Virus record (IMG/VR): IMGVR_UViG_3300021180_000005 | Span: 39,650 to 103,649 of that record | Direction: 5' to 3' (one strand) | Source of the DNA: a virus | DNA length: 64,000 nucleotides | Part shown: piece by piece, positions 58,846 through 64,000 of the stretch | How the letters are laid out: every line of letters begins with the position of its first letter | Numbering within the stretch: the stretch's first letter is position 1 | Position numbers and translations under genes: made by a program | Notes under the pieces: generated by a model | Databases searched by the model: none | The model's input: only the letters and a program-made list of their open reading frames with translations | What the model was told of the DNA's origin: nothing

Positions 58846-60313
58846 TGATCTGATTCAGAAAAAGTTTGGGTCTTCATTTGAAGAGCCTGAGCTACCGCCC
58901 TCCCCTTCCAATGCCTCTTTGGAAAGTTTTATTCAAAAATTTGGACATAAAACTGAAGAGTACTTTTTCTACGACAACACAGTTGCTCTCAGGTTTGACA
59001 CTGAGGAACATGTTTATTACCGAGTAGGAGAACTTGGAAATCTAATACGTTTAGATGGAGTAACAACTGTTGTTGGTATCATAGATAAATCCCTGATGCT
59101 CACCCCGTGGGCGGCAAAGATGGCGATTCAGAAGTTGCTACGAATCATGCCTACGGAAATGGTTGAAGGTATCATTCGTATTAAACCTTTAACGTTTGAT
59201 GAATTCACCACCATCGTGTTGGAAGCTAAGAGTGCACACAAAGACAAGCTAGATGAGGCTTCGGATATCGGCCACATGGCGCACAAGTGCCTTGAAGAAT
59301 CAATCAAGCATGCTATGGTGCATGATCCACAGAGAATCGTACGTCAACTTATCAATGAGCCTCAGGATGAGCAAGCGAAGACGGCGGCTAACAGTGCGCT
59401 AGTCTGCATGCACAACCACAACATCCGATGGATAGAAACAGAAACCAAGATTTATTCGCGCGAGCATGACTATGCAGGGACCATGGACGGTTTGGCGTTG
59501 TGTGATTCGTGCAGCGACAAAGCGTGTTGCCCTGTACCATTCAAGGATCGCATCTGCCTGATCGATTGGAAAAGTTCGAATTATCTTAAGATAGAATACC
59601 TTTTTCAGACGGCCAGTTATAAACATGCTAAAATGGAAGAGCGACCTGATCTAAAGATCGAAGATATCTTCCTATTCCGACTAGGTAAGAGCGAAGAAGA
59701 AGCAGGTAAGTTCGAAGTATGGCACATGACACCTGAAGAGTACGAAGAGGACTTCGAAGGTTTCCTGTGCTGCCTTAATCTGACACGACTGGTGCACAGT
59801 GTAGAGGAACGCATGAAAGCTCAGAAGGCAACTATTCGCGCCGTCAAGAAAGAACAACGCGAAACTGCAAAAGCAATTGGCAAGGAGCAAGAGAAGTTGC
59901 AGAAGGCTATTGCTAAGGCTGAAACTAAGAAGAAAAAAGAAGAAGAGAAAGTACGCATCAAAGCAGAAGCCAAAGCAGAATGCGAACGGTTAAAGGCTGA
60001 GAAGAAAGCTGGGCGTAACTCACAGGTGGAAGTGAACCAGACTGTAAATCTGGCGTCCCAAGCGGACATTGCAGGTTCGATCCCTGCTGCGCCCACCATT
60101 AGACCTGAAGTAATGGCTGCGTTCGAAAAGGTAGTAGAGAACAATGCAGAGTTACTTGAGAAGCTAGTAGACAGTGGTTCCTCCGGCGAGGGTCAGACTC
60201 TTATAAAGTCTTCAGCTCCAGATCAGAGCGGACAGGTTGGATCAACACCAACAACCACTACCATATTTGAAGAGGAGACAGCAGTGTCTACATTCAAACT
60301 GCCTATGGAATGA
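58835..60313 (+). CDS. PD-(D/E)XK exonuclease (recombination-type) with two tRNA genes inside its 3' part
   Basis: GVTTVVG, GHMAH, ETKIY..YAGTMD, LIDWKSS, FQTASY. Confidence 0.8.
   Translation: MSFNDLIQKKFGSSFEEPELPPSPSNASLESFIQKFGHKTEEYFFYDNTVALRFDTEEHVYYRVGELGNLIRLDGVTTVVGIIDKSLMLTPWAAKMAIQKLLRIMPTEMVEGIIRIKPLTFDEFTTIVLEAKSAHKDKLDEASDIGHMAHKCLEESIKHAMVHDPQRIVRQLINEPQDEQAKTAANSALVCMHNHNIRWIETETKIYSREHDYAGTMDGLALCDSCSDKACCPVPFKDRICLIDWKSSNYLKIEYLFQTASYKHAKMEERPDLKIEDIFLFRLGKSEEEAGKFEVWHMTPEEYEEDFEGFLCCLNLTRLVHSVEERMKAQKATIRAVKKEQRETAKAIGKEQEKLQKAIAKAETKKKKEEEKVRIKAEAKAECERLKAEKKAGRNSQVEVNQTVNLASQADIAGSIPAAPTIRPEVMAAFEKVVENNAELLEKLVDSGSSGEGQTLIKSSAPDQSGQVGSTPTTTTIFEEETAVSTFKLPME
60011..60098 (+). 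tRNA. tRNA-Tyr(GUA)
   Basis: Acceptor GGGCGUA/UGCGCCC-A-CCA; anticodon arm CCAGA-CUGUAAA-UCUGG; long V arm; T arm GCAGG-UUCGAUC-CCUGC. Confidence 0.85.
60173..60263 (+). tRNA. Atypical tRNA with UAU anticodon (Ile-AUA reading) and long variable arm
   Basis: Acceptor AGUGGUU/AACCACU-A-CCA; AGACU-CUUAUAA-AGUCU; V arm GCUC/GAGC; T arm GUUGG-AUCAACA-CCAAC (non-canonical loop). Confidence 0.65.
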
Positions 60314-60732
60314 ATCCAAAATCTATAGGAGAGAAAACAGAAGCAATAGTTTTGGCTGAGTTAATCAAGAACGATTACACCGTTTTGCTTCCTTTTGGAG
60401 ATAATCAACGATACGATTTTGTAATAATCATTGAATCAACATTCAAAAGGTTACAATGCAAAACTGGTAAACTGAAAAACGGCTCTATATGGTTTCGTGC
60501 TTGTTCTACACAAAGCAACATGCAAAGAACGAAAACTATAAATTATCGTGGAGAGGTAGATTATTTCATAGTACACTGCTACGAAAATGAAGAGACCTAT
60601 TTGATTCCCGTAGAAGATGTAGGTGTAAGCAACGTAGCTTTACGAATAGAAAAGTTACCAAAAACTTCTCCCTACTCAACAACAAGATGGGCTAAAGAAT
60701 ACAAACTTAGGAGAACTAATAACAATGCCTGA
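60310..60732 (+). CDS. PD-(D/E)XK endonuclease (group I intron-associated type)
   Basis: GEKTEA..PFGDNQRYDFV..RLQCKT..VDYF..YLIP. Confidence 0.85.
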   Translation: MNPKSIGEKTEAIVLAELIKNDYTVLLPFGDNQRYDFVIIIESTFKRLQCKTGKLKNGSIWFRACSTQSNMQRTKTINYRGEVDYFIVHCYENEETYLIPVEDVGVSNVALRIEKLPKTSPYSTTRWAKEYKLRRTNNNA

Positions 60733-61705
60733 AGAAACAAAGCAACCAACGCAGTTGACAGTTTTGAATCGAGCACCTGAGTCCATGGTAGTTGCACAGA
60801 AGGTTAATGCACTTTCTCGTCTGTTTCAATTAAAACCTAAGACATTGGAATTAGTTTCCAAATCAACACGTCAGGAAGGAGCTACCCCCGGCACGTTCCG
60901 AGTTACTTCTACGAATGAGTCCTTTAAGGAACTGCGTGTAGTTATGCTGGCAGAGCCAGTTGAGCAACGCGAAAAGTACCGTAAGGGAGAATATACCAAG
61001 GATTCTAAGGAATGCTTCTCGCTAGATAATGTACAGCCGCACCCAAGGGCACGTACACCCTTTGCATTGTATTGTGCAAACTGCCCACAAGGGGACATCA
61101 ATTGGGTGAAGTACCGAGAAGCTAAAGCAAAGGGAATCACAGGAGACGCATTGTCGGCCTACCTGCCTCCCTGCCGTAAGTTCTGGCATTTGTTTATTGC
61201 TTCGCGCGAAACACAACGTCCGTATTATTTTAACATTAAAGGCGGAAGTGTAAAACCCTTTGAGGACGCCATGCAGAACGTTGCAGATTTGTTTCAGATG
61301 ATCTATCAAAACATCAAGCAAGAAAACAGACATATTGCTGCAGCCAATGCAAAGAACTCAGACGGTCCGCAGATACCTTTGAAGTCTCTGCCTGAGACGG
61401 TAGGGGATATTATTTGGCATATCTCATTCACCATGTACGCTTGGAATAGGAACGGCGGACCATGGATGGTTGGCTTTAAAGACTTCAAAGTGATGAGTGA
61501 AGAAGACCGAAAGGACTTTGGAAAAATTATTGAAGACATTAAAGCGCGGCGAGCAGCTGGGCAATTGCAGAGCCAAGAGGCGAGCGAGGCCGAAGAGGAG
61601 GCAGCGGTAGTGGAGAAGCCAGCAAGTAGTGGAATTCGCACGGCAGAGGTTATCTCTGTCACTACGAACGAAGTTGCACAAAAGAATGCCCAGATTCAAA
61701 TCTAA
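60725..61705 (+). CDS. Putative ssDNA-binding/recombination protein
   Basis: CFSLD..P...CANCP...PPC motif, next to the exonuclease. Confidence 0.45.
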   Translation: MPEETKQPTQLTVLNRAPESMVVAQKVNALSRLFQLKPKTLELVSKSTRQEGATPGTFRVTSTNESFKELRVVMLAEPVEQREKYRKGEYTKDSKECFSLDNVQPHPRARTPFALYCANCPQGDINWVKYREAKAKGITGDALSAYLPPCRKFWHLFIASRETQRPYYFNIKGGSVKPFEDAMQNVADLFQMIYQNIKQENRHIAAANAKNSDGPQIPLKSLPETVGDIIWHISFTMYAWNRNGGPWMVGFKDFKVMSEEDRKDFGKIIEDIKARRAAGQLQSQEASEAEEEAAVVEKPASSGIRTAEVISVTTNEVAQKNAQIQI

Positions 61706-61716
61706 AGGAGAATATA

Positions 61717-62250
61717 ATGAAAAAGTTTTTGATGATCGCTTTGTTGTTTGCTGTGTCCACCTTGGCAGTTGCACAAACTGCCTTCTCAGGCCCACGGTTT
61801 TCTGCATCGTTCAATGGTGCGGTGACCTCTAGGACCTATAACAATGCTACTAACTCTAACATTGAATACTCTGCCAATGATGGCACTATCGTCACTTCGG
61901 TTACCGTGCGAACAGTTAATCATCCAATTGCGGTTAACTTTGAGTCGGCTAATTTCTACCACGATCAGGCATGTGGAGAAGGAGCAAAGCAGGTAGGTGA
62001 AGTTAACAATGCATACTATCAAGGTCACCCATTTGCCTTCAGCATTTGTGCATATACAGCTAAGAATGATGTGCCTTATTACACTATGGAGCGCGTCATC
62101 ATAGTTGATGCTACGACGGTTATCTTCATTGATATGGACGTACCCCAGAGCATTGCAGATGTGACCGATAGCCAAGTAACCAGTGCTAGCGGTAAGAAGA
62201 ACGCATTTGTGGGATGGGTTAATTTTGAAAATACCCTGACCATTAAGTAG
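61717..62250 (+). CDS. Exported protein with Sec signal peptide
   Basis: MKKFLMIALLFAVSTLAVA/Q. Confidence 0.7.
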   Translation: MKKFLMIALLFAVSTLAVAQTAFSGPRFSASFNGAVTSRTYNNATNSNIEYSANDGTIVTSVTVRTVNHPIAVNFESANFYHDQACGEGAKQVGEVNNAYYQGHPFAFSICAYTAKNDVPYYTMERVIIVDATTVIFIDMDVPQSIADVTDSQVTSASGKKNAFVGWVNFENTLTIK

Positions 62251-62252
62251 AA

Positions 62253-62500
62253 ATCTCACGGCAAATGTCGTGAGTTGGTGGAGGAACGCATAACGTAAGC
62301 CGTGCGCTCCCCGGAGACACACTCAGGGTCTCCGTAGCAACATATCCGAGACTATATCCTCAGGGGTCACTGGGCAACAAACTGAAGCAGCGACGGCTGT
62401 CTAGGTTTTTATCCTTGTTATGGCTGGGTGATCTAGATGTCTAACAAAGGCATCTAGGTAGGATATGTTGTGACGAAGGCCCTGAGAGCCTTGAACCACA
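62253..62500 (+). ncRNA. Candidate structured ncRNA (~250 nt)
   Basis: Hairpins CUCACGGC/GUCGUGAG, GGAGAC/GUCUCC, long-range GCAACAUAUCC/GGAUAUGUUGU, UAGAUG/CAUCUA. Confidence 0.5.
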
Positions 62501-62519
62501 AATACAAAAGGAGAATACA

Positions 62520-62705
62520 ATGCAATCACGTACACCTGAAGGGAAGCACACCAAGCGGTTCATCGTTTTGAGGAAGAGCTTAATTGATGGTAAGTATGAG
62601 CGCTCTGTGAATATCCCTGAGTTCTTCCCCACGAGGGAAGAGGCACAGGCTGCAGTAGCGCAACGCGGAGATGCCGGGATCACCTACAAAGTTCGCCAGA
62701 AGTAA
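62520..62705 (+). CDS. Small hypothetical protein
   Basis: SD AAGGAG. Confidence 0.55.
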   Translation: MQSRTPEGKHTKRFIVLRKSLIDGKYERSVNIPEFFPTREEAQAAVAQRGDAGITYKVRQK

Positions 62706-63055
62706 TTGACCTTGTATGGATGAAGCTGTAGCTTCCGTTATTGGACGGCGGTTCGATTCCGCCCATCTCCACCAAAGCAACTCACCAGTAATAAGCACTC
62801 TGCCAGATGTGCGAAAATGAGGCATGAACCTGAGTTGCTTTTGTGGGGATGAAAAGGTTTCGACAGTGACGTAGTAAGAGACAGTGGACATACACGCCGT
62901 GCCCTGCCACGTTACGGAGGGGCAAAACCAAAATGCCAACGACAACACCGTTGTGACTCCCAAGGCTAAGGCCATGGGCGCAGCTGCTGGGGTTTAATCA
63001 GCTGTGTAGTTTAACCACGCGAACCGGGGACAAGTTCCCCGGACCTCGCAGTGGA
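62706..63055 (+). ncRNA. ssrA: Circularly permuted (two-piece) tmRNA
   Basis: T arm and acceptor 3' strand CAUCUCC-A-CCA (to 62774) precede the 5' strand GGGGAUG (62845) with G3-U70; intervening segment closed by AAAGCAACUCA/UGAGUUGCUUU; pk1; tag ANDNTVVTPKAKAMGAAAGV* at 62935-62997. Confidence 0.92.
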
Positions 63056-63388
63056 CTTAAAGGAGAATGCTATGTTGCACAACGGGCATTGGACACATCC
63101 TGAGCTGTGGATGATGTGGTTCGCAGTGGTAGGTACTGCTGTGAATTCATTGTTCATTGCCTATATGTTCTACAAGGAGATGAAATGAACAAACTAACAG
63201 CACTGAGTAAACTGGCAAATGCCTACTGGTATGTGCGCGATGTATATGGTAATGCGGTTTCTTCTGGTATTTTAGAAGACAAGTTCCATTACATCCGACG
63301 CAGCCTTCGCATTGAAGATTTGAAGCCTGTAAAGTGCACTGAAGGATTGAACCCAGTAGGACCACGGTATCTCTAAGGAGACATTGAG

Positions 63389-63883
63389 ATGGAGAAGTGG
63401 AAAAAGATAAAGGGCTTTGAGGATTACGAGGTAAGCGACTTAGGTAAAGTTAGAAGAGTTAACCGTGCAGGCAACAATCATGCTCCCAAAGTTTTGAAAC
63501 CAAGAGACAACGGACAAGGCTACTTATACGTTGCGCTGTATAGAGAAAGCAAACGTGTTAATAAAGCCATTCACATCCTAGTCGCTACAGAATTTATTCC
63601 AAATCCTTTACACTTACCTGAAGTGAACCACCTTGGCCCGAAGAGTGACAATAGAAAACACAGGTTAGAGTGGAGATCAATGTTAGGTCACCACCAAGAT
63701 CAAGCTAAGAGAAGCCAAAAAGGAGACGGTGTAAGTTTTCGTAAGGACAAAAACAAAAATCAATGGATAGCTATTTACTACCCTTACCCAAAGGTTAAGA
63801 AACACATTGGTAGCTTTGCTACTAAACGTGAAGCCATCACTGCGCGTAACGCTGCTGTACAGGCGCTGCCGAGGGTTCTATAA
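63389..63883 (+). CDS. NUMOD4-HNH endonuclease
   Basis: MEKWKKIKGFEDYEVSDLGKVR, IHILVA..FIPN...VNH...DN. Confidence 0.9.
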   Translation: MEKWKKIKGFEDYEVSDLGKVRRVNRAGNNHAPKVLKPRDNGQGYLYVALYRESKRVNKAIHILVATEFIPNPLHLPEVNHLGPKSDNRKHRLEWRSMLGHHQDQAKRSQKGDGVSFRKDKNKNQWIAIYYPYPKVKKHIGSFATKREAITARNAAVQALPRVL

Positions 63884-64000
63884 ATGGAGCATACACACAT
63901 TGTAGGAGAAGCCATAGCAGGACGATCTGCACAAGTACGTAGAAACTTGATGACTATGGTTTCTAATTTGAGTACCAATACTTTCGACCTAGCAGCGCTG

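Noticed and set aside
1-64000. CRISPR array, DGR, retron, integrase or IS element
   Set aside because: No regularly spaced direct repeats, reverse transcriptase, recombinase or transposase motifs were seen. The 58835 nuclease has no cas context.

Overview
A 64 kb segment of a large tailed dsDNA phage (Caudoviricetes); the host cannot be determined from sequence, but promoters are host sigma70-type. Positions ~38.7 kb to <1 form a leftward late/virion operon: terS, terL, small putative head proteins, portal, scaffold, a major capsid gene split by a group I intron carrying a LAGLIDADG endonuclease, a GroES-like co-chaperonin, adaptor/tail proteins, a glycosylation cluster (Gmd, Fcl/ColC-like, ColD-type His-variant PLP enzyme, GT2/GT10/GT11/GT31-like/GT4-like transferases) and a DUF3494 ice-binding fusion. 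Positions ~38.9-44.4 kb are a rightward replication block (PolA-family polymerase, MazG-like, RNase H). A largely non-coding stretch at 44.4-47.5 kb precedes rightward early/middle genes, two tRNAs embedded in-frame inside a nuclease gene, and a circularly permuted (two-piece) tmRNA. About 21 homing-endonuclease-type genes are scattered through the window. The most striking unexplained signals are at RNA level: (1) a 7-copy covarying kissing-loop RNA element that buries the Shine-Dalgarno sequence of endonuclease genes, (2) an ACUCAG motif at the start codons of about 15 late genes, (3) tRNAs inside a CDS together with a permuted tmRNA whose tag ends atypically, and (4) several large structured non-coding regions. 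All calls come from manual motif reading; no database searches were run.
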